Below the pieces are notes generated by a model. The model saw only the letters and a list, made by a program, of their open reading frames with translations. It did not search any database and had not been told where the DNA came from. A stretch of DNA of 64,000 nucleotides from NCBI GenBank assembly GCA_951406725.2, contig OX597818.1:132680001-132744000 (forward strand), given 5' to 3'. Position 1 is the first letter of the stretch; each line of letters opens with the position of its first letter. Below are positions 12,156 to 25,182 of the stretch, in pieces. Source of the stretch: Octopus vulgaris. Its lineage: Eukaryota. A program made the position numbers and the translations under genes.

Positions 12156-12712
12156 GTGAGTGATGGAGTAGTGCATGCCATCAAAGTGACTCTGTGGTAA
12201 AATATATGAAGCCCAGTATACCCATCATGACTACTCATCTGATAAGGGTACACCAGGCACATTGCATCACAACCATGTTCATGACATGGTGATCTCATAT
12301 CAAAATAAACAGTGCATGACCTTGCAGGTGAGGCACCAATTAGAATTTTCTTCAGGTCAAGTAGCCCATCCTGCTCAAAAGGTCCCTAAATAAGGGTTGT
12401 TTAAGGATGTTGAACGAAACACCCATGTTTCCAAAGGTGAATTACCCAAACCCCAAATAACTCCTCTCAACACATGGCTATGATGCTCCCCCACTAATTC
12501 TGCTCGTGATCAGAGATGCACATATCGTCAGCCGCTAAGGGACATGCTCAACAGTTAAGGTCAAACAACTGACAAGCAAATCTGTGGTATTGAGCAGAAT
12601 ATTTGCTGTAGCCCATCTTTTATACCAAGACAAAACAATGTACATGATAACAATTCCAATCAGTTAAGATCAGAAACCATGAGAACCACAGTATGGTACT
12701 GCATCAGGGCAT
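12155..12712 (-). mobile_element. non-coding retroposon (family E) ending in an (AAT)n tract
   Basis: Homologous to 56565-57068; both abut (TTA)n at the same end. No ORF or tRNA head recognised. Confidence 0.7.
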
Positions 12713-12789
12713 TTATTTTTTTCTTCTTCTTTTTTAGTTTCTTCATCATGTACAAGTATTTGTGCATTCATCATTATTTTATCTTTTTT

Positions 12790-12978
12790 ATTTAGTTTTA
12801 GAAAAATTGAAGCATATCTTTGACAGCTCCTGAGCATATTGAACTTGTTTTGTGCATGACTTTTGGCCCACCTTGTACTTTTTGTACTTTTTGGCCCACT
12901 TTTTGTACTTTTGTACTTTTTGTACTTTTGTACTTTTTGTACTTTTGTACTTTTTGTACTTTTTGGCCCACCTTGTAA
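12790..12978. repeat. Tc1/mariner-like terminus with tandemly amplified end (CTTTTTGTA)n
   Basis: CTTTT(T)GGCCCACCTTGTA occurs three times, interleaved with CTTTT(T)GTA units. The minus strand reads TA-CAAGGTGGGCCAAAAG, a Tc1/mariner-style end. Confidence 0.45.
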
Positions 12979-13548
12979 ATACACAAATAACAATTTTTTA
13001 AATATACTTCCTTATAATATTTCATTATAAAGATATAAGATTTTTTACAACTCAAATGGCAATGAGGATCCAGCTGAGTTCAATAGGAATCAAAGGGGTC
13101 CATTGGTAAAATAATGATTGAGAATCACTGCTCTAGCCTGTTTCACTTCCTGCCAGAAATAGCAAGGAAAATCAAATTCAAATCTCACTGTATCACCTTT
13201 AAAAGAAGGGAACACTTGATCTTGTAGTTCTACATGTACTAAAGGATGAGATGGGTACAGTTGGAGCATGCTTTATCAGAGGTCTGCTTAATCAGAGTTA
13301 ACTTGAGAACAAAACAACAGCAACAACCACACAAACACACACACTCACACACACACACACACAAAGACAAAAAACTGTGGGCTTGTACCAGACTTTTCAA
13401 AGTTATTATCATATTTTTATAAGAGCAATGAAGGAGTAAAGTTGGCACAACTATAAGCAGAAAATGCTTTATGGAATTTCATCTGCCTTCAGTTCAAATT
13501 CTGCTGAGGTCGAGTTTGCCTTTCATCCTTTTGGAGTTGATAAGTACC

Positions 13549-13783
13549 TATTTCTTTACTACCCACAAGAGGCTAAACACAGAGAGGACAAACAAGGACA
13601 GACAAACGGATTAAGTCGATTATATCGACTCCAGTGCGTAACTGGTACTTATTTAATCGACCCCGGAAGGATGAAAGGCAAAGTCGACCTTTGAACTCGG
13701 AATTTGAACTCAGAACGTAACGGCAGACGAAATACAGCTATGCATTTCGCCCGGCGTGCTAACGTTTCTGCCAGCTCGCCGCC
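13549..13783 (-). mobile_element. SINE family B nested in an older B-type SINE
   Basis: 18-bp TSD TTGGAGTTGATAAGTACC at 13531-13548 and 13784-13801. Confidence 0.9.
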
Positions 13784-14101
13784 TTGGAGTTGATAAGTAC
13801 CAGTTGAGCATTGGGGTTAATGCAACCAACTCACTCTGTTGCTCACAAAAGATTTCAGGCCTTGATCCTTTAGTAGAATGCATTATCATAAGAGCAGTGG
13901 ATTGGCAGAATCATTCAAGTATCAGACAAAATGGCTTGTACTTTTCCTTCCAGCCCTTTATGTTCTGAATTCAAATCCTAGTGAGGGTAACTTGACCCTT
14001 CATCCCTCAGAGTGAGTGGGGTGGATAAATAAAGTACTAACCAATTACTGGGGTTGACACAATTTACTAATCTCAGCCATGCAAATTTCAGGCTTTGTAT
14101 T

Positions 14102-14381
14102 TGTAGTGTTGGTGGAGAGGACGACAGATGAGGGGAGGGCGGAAGTAGGGCTTGCAGGGTGCATGCGCGGCAGGAGGCGGAAGCAGTGAGGGACAACGCA
14201 CATGTGGGATCGACGAAGCAGCAGTTGCAGCTGAGACGATGAAGGCACAAGACGTATCGAGCTGGATGAGAGAGATCTGAACTTCGCTGAGTTTTCGGCA
14301 GACTAATCTTCGCTGAGGTAAGGCCTAATTATATTTCCATTCTCCTTTTTTCTGTTGTCCTCTTTCATCGTTCACACCACA
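14102..14381. mobile_element. solo LTR (280 bp)
   Basis: Starts TGTAGTGT and ends ACACCACA (7/8 inverted match, TG...CA); 5-bp TSD GTATT at 14097-14101 and 14382-14386; GC/CpG-rich; interrupts a SINE tail. Confidence 0.8.
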
Positions 14382-14604
14382 GTATTATTAAAAAGAATTA
14401 TTATATGACAATGGATTGCCAAATTCTAATTACAGTTGGCATCGTTTTGACTCTTTAGTTCTGAGTTCAAACCCCATGCATTTCCATAATCGATGAAAGC
14501 ATCAGACAAAATGCCTCATGGTATTAGGACCAGTTATTTCCGTTCTGAATTTAAATCCAGTCAAGAGCAACTTTGCCTTTCATTTTATCATGGTAGATAA
14601 AATA

Positions 14605-14619
14605 AAGAAGCCTGTCGTA

Positions 14620-14672
<53 letters not shown>

Positions 14673-14892
14673 TTGTGTGTGTGTGTGTTTATGTGTCTGT
14701 GTTTGTCCCCCTAGCATTTCTTGACAAACGATGCTGGTGTGTTTACGTCCCCGTCACTTAGCGGTTCGGCAAAAGAGACCGATAGAATAAGTACTGGGCT
14801 TACAAAGAATAAGTCCCGCAGTCGATTTGCTCGACTAAAGGCGGTGCTCCAGCATGGCTGCAGTCAAATGACTGAAACAAGTAAAAAAAAAA
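14605..14892 (+). mobile_element. SINE family C, headless copy
   Basis: AAGAAGCCTGTCG(TA)n(TG)n...GGCGGTGCTCCAGCATGGCTGCAGTCAAATGACTGAAACAAGTAAAA. Confidence 0.85.
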
Positions 14893-15234
14893 GATAGTCA
14901 GTCAAATACCGGGGTCAAAGCAATCAACTAACACCCCATCCCTGCCCCAAAATTGCTGGTCTTATACTTAAAGTAGAAAGAATTATTATTACCATTAATA
15001 ATCCTTTCTCCTAAAGGCACAAGGCCTGAAATTTTGAGGGAAGAGGCTAGTCGATTACATCAACCCCAGTGTTTCACTGGTACTTCATTCATTGACCCCA
15101 AATGGATGAAAGGCAAAGTCGCCCCTAGTGGAATTTGAACTCAGAATGTAAAGACACGAAATGCTGATAAGCATTTTACCTGGCATGCTAACGATTCTGC
15201 TAGCTCACCATCCTCATTTATTACTACCATTACT

Positions 15235-15373
15235 CAGAGTGGTTGGCGTCAGGAAGGGCATCCAGTGGTAGAAACTCTGCCAGATCAGATTGGAGTCTGG
15301 CACGGCCATCTGGTTCGCCAGACCTCAGTCAAATTGTCCAACCCATGCTAGCATGGAAAGCAGATGTTAAACA

Positions 15374-15412
<39 letters not shown>
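15235..15412 (+). mobile_element. family A (RTE 3' UTR) copy
   Basis: GGTTGGCGTCAGGAAGGGCATCCAG...GTTAAACAAT(GAT)n. Confidence 0.75.
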
Positions 15413-15413
<1 letters not shown>

Positions 15414-15467
15414 GGAAGTTATGCTTGGTTTTAAGGTAGTGAGTGGACAGAATCATTAGTAAATTGG

Positions 15468-15693
15468 TAAAGGCGGCGAGCTGGCAGAAACGTTAGCACA
15501 CCGAGCGAAATGCTCAGCAGTATTTCGTCTGTCGATACGTTCTGAGTTCAAATTCTGTCGAGGTCGACTTTGCCTTTCATCCTTTCGGGGTCGATTAAAT
15601 AAGTACCAGTTACGCACTGGGATCGATTTAATCTGTTTGTTTGTCCTTGTTTGTCCCCTCTGTGTGTAGCCCCTTGTGGGTAGTAAAGAAATA
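15468..15693 (+). mobile_element. SINE family B nested in an older B-type SINE
   Basis: 19-bp TSD AGAATCATTAGTAAATTGG at 15449-15467 and 15694-15712. Confidence 0.9.
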
Positions 15694-16499
15694 AGAATCA
15701 TTAGTAAATTGGGAAAAATGCTTAGCAGCATTTTGTCTGTCTTTATGTTCTGAGTTCAAATTCCACCAATATTGAATTTGCTTTTCATCCTTTCAGGTTC
15801 AATAAGATAAGTACCAGTTGAACACTGGGGTTGATGAAATTGACTTACTCCCTCCTCCAAAATTGCTGGCCTTGTGCCAAAATTTGAAATCAATAATAAT
15901 ATTTTGCTTGGTTCCATTTCCAAAGCATCAAAGCAAGAAGATTACTGAAGAAGCTCAGGTGTCTATGTTTAAGTAGGTTCAATTTGAGAGAGCTACAAAG
16001 ATCTTTCATTGGGAATATTCCAGATTTATGATAGTGAAATTCTGCAAACTTCAGCTTCAAATAATATGGAATTGAAGTCAGTCAGAGAAAAATATGGAGT
16101 GGGGTGAGGTTGGGGAGTGAGGGAGGAGGGATCGATGTTGAAACAATAACAAACAGACAAAAAGTCTATTAGCCTAGAAGCATTATTTTGTTAGGAATTT
16201 ATTATAATTAAACTGCCAATAAAAGTTTAAAAAAAAAAAGGAAAAATGAATATAAAAATGTTCTTTTGCTGTTGTTGCAGTTATTGTTGTGATTTGTTTG
16301 TTTTGATGTTTTTGTATTCATTGTTTGTTCATTGTTGTTTTTCTATTGTTGTTGTTGTTGTTGTTGTATTTTTTTTTTTAAGTACATAAAAATTAAACAT
16401 GCCTTCCGGGCTTTTAATTAATTGACAAGAATCTGGGCCAGGGATTGAGAGAAATGTAAGTGGAAGAGATAAAGACTGAGGCTAGATAAATCAGAAGAA

Positions 16500-16775
16500 T
16501 TCAAAAAATCAGAGAAAATAAAGGAAAGGGTTGGGAACCCAAGAAGACTTTAGAGTCAGAAGAAGAGATATAGAAACGAGAAGAAGCAGACAGAGAGAGG
16601 GGGGAGAGAAGGAGAAGAGATGAAAGGAGAGTGGGAGGAAGTGTGAGATGTAGATATATACGTAGATAAAGGAGTGAGAGAGAGAGAGAGTGGGGGAGAA
16701 GTAAAAGGAGAAGTATAAGGAAATATATGTAAGTATAGAAAAAATTCTGAGAAATGAAAGACAGGCAAAGAGAAA

Positions 16776-16813
<38 letters not shown>

Positions 16814-17350
16814 AGAAGGAGAGAGAGAGAATGAGAGAAAGAGAAATGAATGGGAAGAAAAGTATAAAAACAAAACGGAAGAAAAAGAAGAAAGAAAGAA
16901 AGAAAGAAATAGGAAAAGGAAAAAAGAAGCTTAAATGCAAAGAAATGTTAGAAGAGAGTAAATGATGGTTAGAGACGAGAGAAATGTGATGAAAGAGAGA
17001 GAGAGAGAGAGAGAGGGAGACGGAGGGAGAGAGAGAAGAGAAAGTAAGGGAACAGAAAGAAGAAAGGGAGAGGTGATTAAGGTAAGCAAAGAAAGAGGCT
17101 GTAAAAGATAGATGATAGATAAAAATGATAGATAGAAAGATGGACAGAGAGAGAAAAAGAAGAGGGAGAGCAAGAGATGGAGAGAGAATGGGGGAGAGGA
17201 AGAACAATAAGTGCAGAAGAAGGAAGATAATGTGGTGGGGGGGGCGGGGTATGAAGATAGAAAAGTTGAAGTGATTGGGGTGGGGATGGGGCTGGTTGGG
17301 TGGCTGGCTGCTAGGTGGTTTGGTAGTGGATTGGTGGTTTGGTGAGGAAA
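16500..17350. repeat. purine-rich (GA) low-complexity tract ending in G-runs
   Basis: Strong A/G skew on the plus strand; GGGG-T-GGGG-AT-GGGG-CTGGTT-GGG at 17277-17300. Confidence 0.85.
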
Positions 17351-17932
17351 CTATTCGGAAGAAAAGGGGACAATAGTAAGATATATAAAAAGAACAACAC
17401 CAACAACGACAATAAGAATAACAACAACGATAACAACAAATAAGATGGTAAAAGAGGAGAAAAAAAATACCAAACTGTGTGTTATGGGAGTAATAGGAGA
17501 GGAATTAAAGGAGAGTAATAGGAGAGGAGTAAAAGGAGAGTAAGAAAAAAAAAGAGTGAGGGGATTAAGGAGCGACATAAGAGAACAAAAGGAAAACCTG
17601 CTAGTGGTGGAATTGAAAAGAAAGAATGGGGAGAACGAAGAGAAGAGAACAATGGAAGAAATCTAGAAAAGGAAGCTGTTATTGGTGGATAAATATAAAT
17701 AATTTGAAAGACAGGAAAGAGTTATTTATTAAAACAATAGGTGAGACATGATTTTAATAAGAGAACCCAGAACCCCTGGTATTTTCACTCCCCTCCATAC
17801 AACGTCACAAATTTACAATGAATGAGGGATTTCCAGCACTTGGTATGCGTGATGACTTGATTGCGAAACAATGGGTTATATGACTTGCTAGCGCTGGTTG
17901 TGTTTTGTATGTTAACTTGAGGCAATTGATAC

Positions 17933-17966
<34 letters not shown>

Positions 17967-18290
17967 TTACGTCAGACCTGGCATTCTGTTTAGCAATTGT
18001 CCTTTCTTTCTTACCTCCATGCTGTGTCAGATGGAAGGATTAAATTAATTCTGGTGAGGATTAAACCAAGACAGTTTGTATTGAAATTTGGGGAGTGTTG
18101 GAATAGGCTGCGGACTTAAGATTTGAAATAATATCTACTTGAAGCATAACATTAATAAAGCTCCTTCAATTACTTCACTACATTACACTGAGTCCATGAG
18201 AACATCTTTATGTGGTTGTCTGACCTGTAGAAGCAGTGACCAAATCTCCTTCAATAACACCTATCATAATCTGTCAGAATATATAAATGT

Positions 18291-18547
18291 GTGGAGGCAC
18301 GTGGCTTTGTGGTTAGGGTGTCTGCATCATGATCGTAAAATTGTGGTTTCGATTCCTGGACCGGGCGAAGCATTGTGTTCTTGAGCAAATCACTTCAATT
18401 CACGTAGCTCCAGTCCACTCAGCTGGCAAAAATGAGTAACACTGTAATGGACTAGCGTCCCATCCAGCTGGGGAATGCATACGCCATAGAAACAGGGAAA
18501 CCGGGCCCATGAGCCTGGCTAGGCTTTAAAAGGGCGCATTTATTATT
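18291..18547 (+). mobile_element. tRNA-derived SINE with D-like head, CORE-like centre and a distinct tail
   Basis: A and B boxes; TGTGTTCTTGAGCAAATCACTT CORE-like segment; TSD ATATATAAATGT at 18279-18290 and 18548-18559. Confidence 0.85.
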
Positions 18548-18824
18548 ATATATAAATGTAAGTTGTCTGGGGGTGTATGTTTGTCTTGTATTGATGAGCT
18601 ACAAAGTGATTATCTTCAAAACCATCAATATTATTTACCATATTCTAAGTCAGATTTATAAAACTTTTATTTCGAAATAGGAAACTCTAGCATTTTAAAA
18701 TTCAGTTTTTATCCTTTATCTTTTGCTTGAGATTTGGGAACAAACAAGTAAATGTGTAACACCATTCCACTATATTTCCTACCTTAATGACAATATACAA
18801 AAACTCTAATTTCTTATTCTTATA

Positions 18825-19010
18825 GTTTCGTGGAATAAGCTGCCGGACGAGATAGTGAAGATGCCGACGGCCGCTTGGTTCAAAGTCTCTCTTGACCAGA
18901 AATGGCCTGAACTCTTTGCATTAACACCCCTATACATAACTCCATGTCCCCCTACATGGCCTTGCTTTTTGCTTTTTGAGCCAAAAAATTAACTTAAATT
19001 AACTTAACTA
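18825..19010 (+). mobile_element. CR1/L2-clade LINE 3' end
   Basis: SWNKLPDEIVKMPTAAWFKVSLDQKWPELF (WNxLP...FK..LD motif), then a short UTR and a (TAACT)-like repeat tail. Confidence 0.75.
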
Positions 19011-20248
19011 ATGCATCTTGAAATCTCCATACTACTGCATAGTGACTTGTGATAAAATATCCAAGCATTACTGGATGTTTCAGTTAGTGTAAAACATAGG
19101 AAAGGCGATATTAGATTTATTTAATTTTTGTATCTGGTTTGCAAGATTCTTTATGTGAATTTGTGTGTTGAAACAAATTTTGTTGTGACTAGGTAGAGTC
19201 ATTTTGCCAATATCATTAACACATGCACTAGTTCAATTCCACTCTTTTATCATTAGTCAATTGACTAATAATAAACAACACAAAAGAGATATTAGATAAC
19301 ATAATGATATCCTGTGTGAGATGGTCATAACTGGAATTCTTTCCATCATAGGTCTGCAGAGTAAATGTTAACCTATGGCTAAGCAACAACAACTATGCCA
19401 GACTTCTTCATTATACAACTTTTGACTCAACAAAAGCCTCTTCATGGTCGCTTGACTTACTAGAAATAGCCACCAAATCTTTCTCATATTACACTTTACC
19501 ATTTAGAAAAGGACATATTTGTTAATGTAGATCTATGTCATCTGGATAGTCATAGCTGGAATGCCTTTGATCATAGGTCTTCTACATTATGGCTGACTTG
19601 TAGTCAAACAATAACAACACACTACATTATGAAGTACTTCTTCACTAAATTGCATTTTTACCATTTAAATAAAGAGAAAAGGGTACTGTTCATGACCCTT
19701 TATTTCTCAGCCCCTCTGACTTGGGTTAGAGGAAGTCATCCTCAGAGAACTCCAGCATTAGCAGGATTAAGGGGCAAAGTTATCCTCTATGACCTTGGCT
19801 GAATTCTAGTAATAAAATTAACTCCCCTAAAAAGCACTAAGGACCAAGCAGCAGTATTATCTGGGGAGTAGGTATTGTCTATCAGCCAAGAACTCAGGAA
19901 AGAAAGGGATGGAACAAATACCACAAGATATCTTTGCCAACTTTCTAACAATTCTACGAAGCCATCATCTGTTATTGGTACCTTATTTTATTGACTCCAA
20001 AAGTATGACAGATAATGCTGGCTACAGCAGGATTGAACTGAAAATGATGAGGGTAGGAATAAATAGTGCAAGATATTTTATCTTATATTTGGATGTAGGC
20101 TATGTTGTTAGAAAGTTCACCTCCCAATGGATTGGTTTCTGGTTCAGTCCTACTGAACGACACCTTGAGCAAGAGTCTCTACTATAAGCCTGAGCTGACC
20201 AAAGCCTTATGAACTGATTGGATAGAGGGGAACTGAATGAAGTGTCTT

Positions 20249-20286
<38 letters not shown>

Positions 20287-20779
20287 ACACACACATATGT
20301 GAGTGTGTGTGTATGTATAAATATATATATATATATATATTTGTATGCATACATACATATATATATATATATACACCATCACACCACACCACACACCACT
20401 ACACCTTACACCACCATACCACACAACACATCACATCACACCACACCACCATGCACACATCAGCACTGGCCACTTCCCAGACCCACATTTTCACACCTAC
20501 ACATACACATGTCAAGATCACCAGCCCCCTTCCACATGAACATACAAACTCTATTATACACACGCACATGCACCTTCGTTTTGGGATCACCACCACTTTA
20601 TTATCTCCCCTTCTCCCTAGCTCTCCTGTGTGACCCTTCTGTCCGGCTTTCGCCATAATAGATCACTAGCCACTACACATTCTTTATTTTCTCTCCTTAT
20701 TTCTTTCTGTGTTCCTTTCTGTGGAGGAGTGGAGGCTTCCTGTCTGTTTGGTGCTATCTCATGTCTCTCTGTGTGTGTA

Positions 20780-20905
20780 TTGAAACTCCGACGTCTGGCA
20801 GCTGACTTGGCAGACACCCATAAAATTATCAACCATCTTACAAACAATAACTCTGAGCACCTTTTCAAACTCCAACCGTCTAACACCCGTGGACATATTA
20901 ACAAG
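20780..20905 (+). mobile_element. CR1-clade LINE ORF2 C-terminal fragment
   Basis: LKLRRLAADLADTHKIINHL...LFKLQPSNTRGH fits the CR1 L..RR...DL...KI...TRGH pattern. Confidence 0.7.
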
Positions 20906-20914
20906 TTTTGGTGG

Positions 20915-20920
20915 TGCTGC

Positions 20921-20961
<41 letters not shown>

Positions 20962-21013
20962 ATGATCACGATGATGATGATGGGATTGGTGATGATAATG
21001 ATGGTGCTTATGG

Positions 21014-21061
<48 letters not shown>

Positions 21062-21073
21062 GAATGATGATGG

Positions 21074-21124
<51 letters not shown>

Positions 21125-21166
21125 CAATGATCATGGGATTGGTGATGATAATGATGGTGCTTATGG

Positions 21167-21252
<86 letters not shown>

Positions 21253-21295
21253 GGATTGGTGATGATAATGATGGTGCTTATGGTGACGATGATGC
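20915..21295. repeat. (GCT)n plus (GAT)n microsatellite with higher-order units
   Basis: Interruption GGGATTGGTGATGATAATGATGGTGCTTATGGTGA at 20982, 21135 and 21252. Confidence 0.9.
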
Positions 21296-22097
21296 AAAAA
21301 TAATGACAGTAAAGTAATGATTCTGTCAATCCACTCTCATGCAAATTCCTTGTAAAGCCTCTGACCCTTTGAAACTGAAAGGCTTGAATGTAGGCTCCCA
21401 CAGGCTAGTGCTGCCCCCTTTGAAATAGAAAAATACCAAGAATGAGATGATTGGGTGAAGCTGGTCGGATGCTGATGATTTGGCATGACTGATTGGATAG
21501 TCAGCCTATTTTGTAGACAGTACATTTTAGTACTGGAGGTAAATGCACACTCACACACACAAACATGCACACACACAGATATAAGTGTGCACTTGTAGAA
21601 ATATACACATACAGACAGAAATTGTGAGGGAGAAGAGGGAGGGAGAGAGGGAGATAGAGAGGGAGAGAGAGAGGGAGAGAGAAGGAGAGAGAGGGGAGAG
21701 GGAGAGAGAGAGAGGGAAGGAGATAGGGGAGAGGGAGAGAGAGAGAGGGAAGGAGATAGGGGAGAGAGAGAAGCTGTATGAGATATTAATTGAACACAAC
21801 TGTCATAACCGCTTTCTCCCTCCTCGTACACTTTAAAGAGAAATATGTTCATACATATTACATATAAACAGAGAGAGAGTGGGGAGAGTAAGGGAGGAGG
21901 AACAGAGGACGAAGAGAACAAGAGACACATCAAACTGTTTGATGTCAAAAAAGTCATTGGAGAATCAGCAAAAATCCTGGCTCTACAGTTGTTTATTGAT
22001 TTTTGCTTACATCTAAGTTAATCCTGATCAAACAAACATCTGACCAAATGTGTGACCATACCAGCATAGTGTATCATGGTCAAGAGTACCCTATGTA

Positions 22098-22620
22098 CCA
22101 TAAATCCTTGAGTATAATCTGCATTTTTTTCCCAAAATTGAAAGGTCAAAATCCCTTGTGCGTACTATATACGAGGTTAAAAATGAAAATTATTTTCTAA
22201 GCAATGTCCGAGTCTCTATTTGCTGTCCGGCAATGTTTATTCAGACGCATGTTGTGATGTCGGGCGCGAAAATACCTTAAGCTAAGCCTGAAAGCAATGA
22301 AATCATAAAAGAATCATCCATAACATGCAGTAAGCAACATTTATTAAAATAAAAGTATTCAGAACACAGAATAAACATGTAACAAAAACAATTTGCAGAC
22401 ATATTTACATTCCCATATAACAGTTAAGAACATCACCATTATTGTATTACGCATGTGCGGAAGTGTTTGTTCGACTAGGTGCTGCTAGTTTAATTACTCA
22501 CGACTCAAGTTAGAGAAGGGGTGTGTATTATACACAAGGTTTAGGTTTTACAGAGGTACCGCCCCCTAAAAGTCCCCTGCGTATTATACTTGAGGGTAGA
22601 CTATATTCGAGGATTTATAA
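22098..22620. mobile_element. Tc1/mariner-superfamily (pogo/Tc2-like) MITE
   Basis: TA-flanked; TIRs CCATAAATCCTTGAGTATAATCT and (reverse complement) TTATAAATCCTCGAATATAGTCT; subterminal GYGTAYTATAYWYRAGG repeats at about 22160, 22523 and 22579. Confidence 0.7.
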
Positions 22621-23019
22621 TATTCCTCATTTCTTTTTTAAGACAGTAGAGTGTGATGAGGGTGGATTGGCTGCTATTTTTAAGCAGGTTGCCATGAGTC
22701 TTTAAAATATGATCAAATCTATAAATAGAACTAATGATTTCAATTTCAATATAAACAAGGTATAAGGTGGTGCGCTGGCAGAGTCGTTAGCACACTAGAT
22801 GAAGTACTTAGTGGTATTTTGTCTGTCTTCACATTCTGAGTTCAAATCACACTGAGTTCAATTGTACCTTTCCTCCTTTCTGGGTTAATAAGATAAATGC
22901 TGGGATTGTGCCAAAATTTGAAATTAATATAACAACGTAAAAATTGTGAAATCACGATTATAATTAAAAGAATTTATCTCAGTATATTACTGGTACCTAT
23001 TTTATTGGCTTCCTATCAG

Positions 23020-23438
23020 CAGTACTGGATTAACGATTAAGCAAAATAAGCACATGCTTAGGGCATCAAGGGACTGGGAGAACCACAGAAATGAAAATGG
23101 TTTGCGGCACAAAAGAAATCACCTTAAACTTGCTAAAATAATATTCTACTATATATAGAAGCAGAAGTTTTACGTAAAATTAATTTTAACGATAACTTCG
23201 AAGACTTTGCAATTAAAAAAAACAAAACAAAGGAGAAAGCTTTTCAAATATAAAATGGAAACATACAAGAGTAGGCATTATTTTCCATCTTAATGTTAAT
23301 TTTGTTTCATTTTGAAAAATAAAAAAAATTTTATGGTTTACTATTGTTTACATTTTGAACCAAGTATAGATAAGTATACTTGAGAGCACCAAAGCCTTTT
23401 AAGTGCTTAGGGCCTCTATGGGCCTTCATCTGGCCCTG
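23020..23438. mobile_element. hAT-family MITE
   Basis: 8-bp TSD CCTATCAG at 23012-23019 and 23439-23446; TIRs CAGTACTGGAT and (reverse complement) CAGGGCCAGAT; GCTTAGGGC repeated near both ends. Confidence 0.8.
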
Positions 23439-23846
23439 CCTATCAGTGTTGATAGGACTGAAACTTAGAATGTAAAGGTACAAAATTAAAAACGCTCTTG
23501 TTGTTATTCAGGTCAGCTTTGATCATACATAATTTGATCACTGACATTCTAGCCATAACCATCATGTCTTTTTAAAGGTTTCTAGAAGTACATTACTAAA
23601 TGTGTCCTTACATTTTTCAAGAGTGCAGACTATAATATCTGAGGGAGATTTGGCTACTACTTCTAGCAGGTTGAGTAATCAAAGTGAAATATCAATAGCT
23701 TGTTATAAAATCTGGTTCATCTGAGCAGATAATAATGGTGGTAATGGTGGTGGTGGTGGATTTATTTATATCCAATCACCACCCTTTGAAATAAGAAAAG
23801 AAAGGAACTACTCTAGATACTATACTATACTAGGTCGTTACCAATT

Positions 23847-24037
23847 ACTCTTTTACTTGTTTCAGTCATTTGACTGTGGCCATGCTGGAGCACCGCCTTT
23901 AGTCGAGCAACTCGACCCCGGGACTTATTCTTTTTGTAAGCCCAGTACTTATTCTATCGGTCTCTTTTTGCCCAACCGATAAGTGACAGGGACGTACACA
24001 TACCAGCATCGGTTGTCAAGCAATGCTAGGGGGACAA

Positions 24038-24086
<49 letters not shown>

Positions 24087-24252
24087 TACGACAGGCTTCT
24101 TTCAGTTTCTGTCTACCAAATCCACTCACAAGGCATTGGTCGGCCCGGGGCTATAGCAGAAGACACTTGCCCAAGATGCCATGTAGTGGGACTGAACCCG
24201 GAACCATGTGGTTGGTTAGCAAGCTACTTACCACACAGCCACTCCTGCGCCT
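23847..24252 (-). mobile_element. SINE family C, full length
   Basis: Head GGCGCAGGAGTGGCTGTGTGGTAAG...GGTTCAGTCCC, CORE-like CTTGGGCAAGTGTCTT, microsatellite, tail (GTAAAAGA)n. Confidence 0.9.
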
Positions 24253-24920
24253 TCCATTAAAAACATTTGTTAATCATGCAGGTACCTTCATAAATATTTG
24301 TAAGTGCAAGTCTTTAAGTCTGTATTCTGTTGTCTATGTGTTGAAAGACATACAGAAGTATGCACACACACACACACACACACACACACAACAACAAAAA
24401 CTATTTTTCAAGTCTGTATTGTGTTGTGTAGACAGACTTTCACATAAAAATTCCCTTATTTCTAATCAAAACTTGTTAGTTAATAAGGTGACAACACTAC
24501 CTATTTATCTATTATTCACACACACCCTTCCTCCCCCTTTCACTTTATTTCTCTCTCAACAACAACTGTTTCTTCTCCCTTCTTCCCTCTCTCTACACAG
24601 ATGTTGTTATAGACAGACAAATGGAGATCAGTTTCTCTTTTATAATATGAGGTTATGCTGCACTAGTACACTCACCCTTTGACTGCAGTAGCAAGCAGTT
24701 GCAACCCCACTTTACTCATTGTAGCTTCCATAATCAATTGTGGTCCTGTGATTGGATGATTGGTTCTAGTCATCAGCCAGGTTGAAATTTCTTGATAGAA
24801 TTTCAATTTAGAATGCAAATTGCTGCACTGGATACTTTGATGCCTCTCCTCCTATAATCTAACAGTTTTTCCAACCCTACCACTTCTGAATGTTACTTAA
24901 TTGGATATCAAAATGATGAA

Positions 24921-25182
24921 AGGGGAAGTTGATCTTGGCAGGATTTGAATTCAGAATACAAAATGCTGGAACAGGTTGTTGCAACGCATTTTATCCAAAG
25001 CTCCAACAACTCCGCCAACCGACTTCCTTAACACATTTGGTGGTCTTTAAAAAGAAAAACAAAACAAATAATAAAGAATGGTACTCCAGTATGGTCAGGT
25101 TGATAAAGACAGTTGGTCACAGATTCACAGTGCTGATAACAGTACCAGTACCATTAATAAGACAGGAACTGCTGACTTGACA
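24921..25182 (+). repeat. 262-bp inverted duplication, arm 1
   Basis: Reverse complement of 27062-27323; I counted 10 mismatches and no indels. Confidence 0.9.

Noticed and set aside
24023-24682. Recurring peptides such as [15 protein letters not shown]...[16 protein letters not shown] and MLAWVGR...
   Set aside because: Incidental antisense translations of SINE family C and family A, not a gene family.
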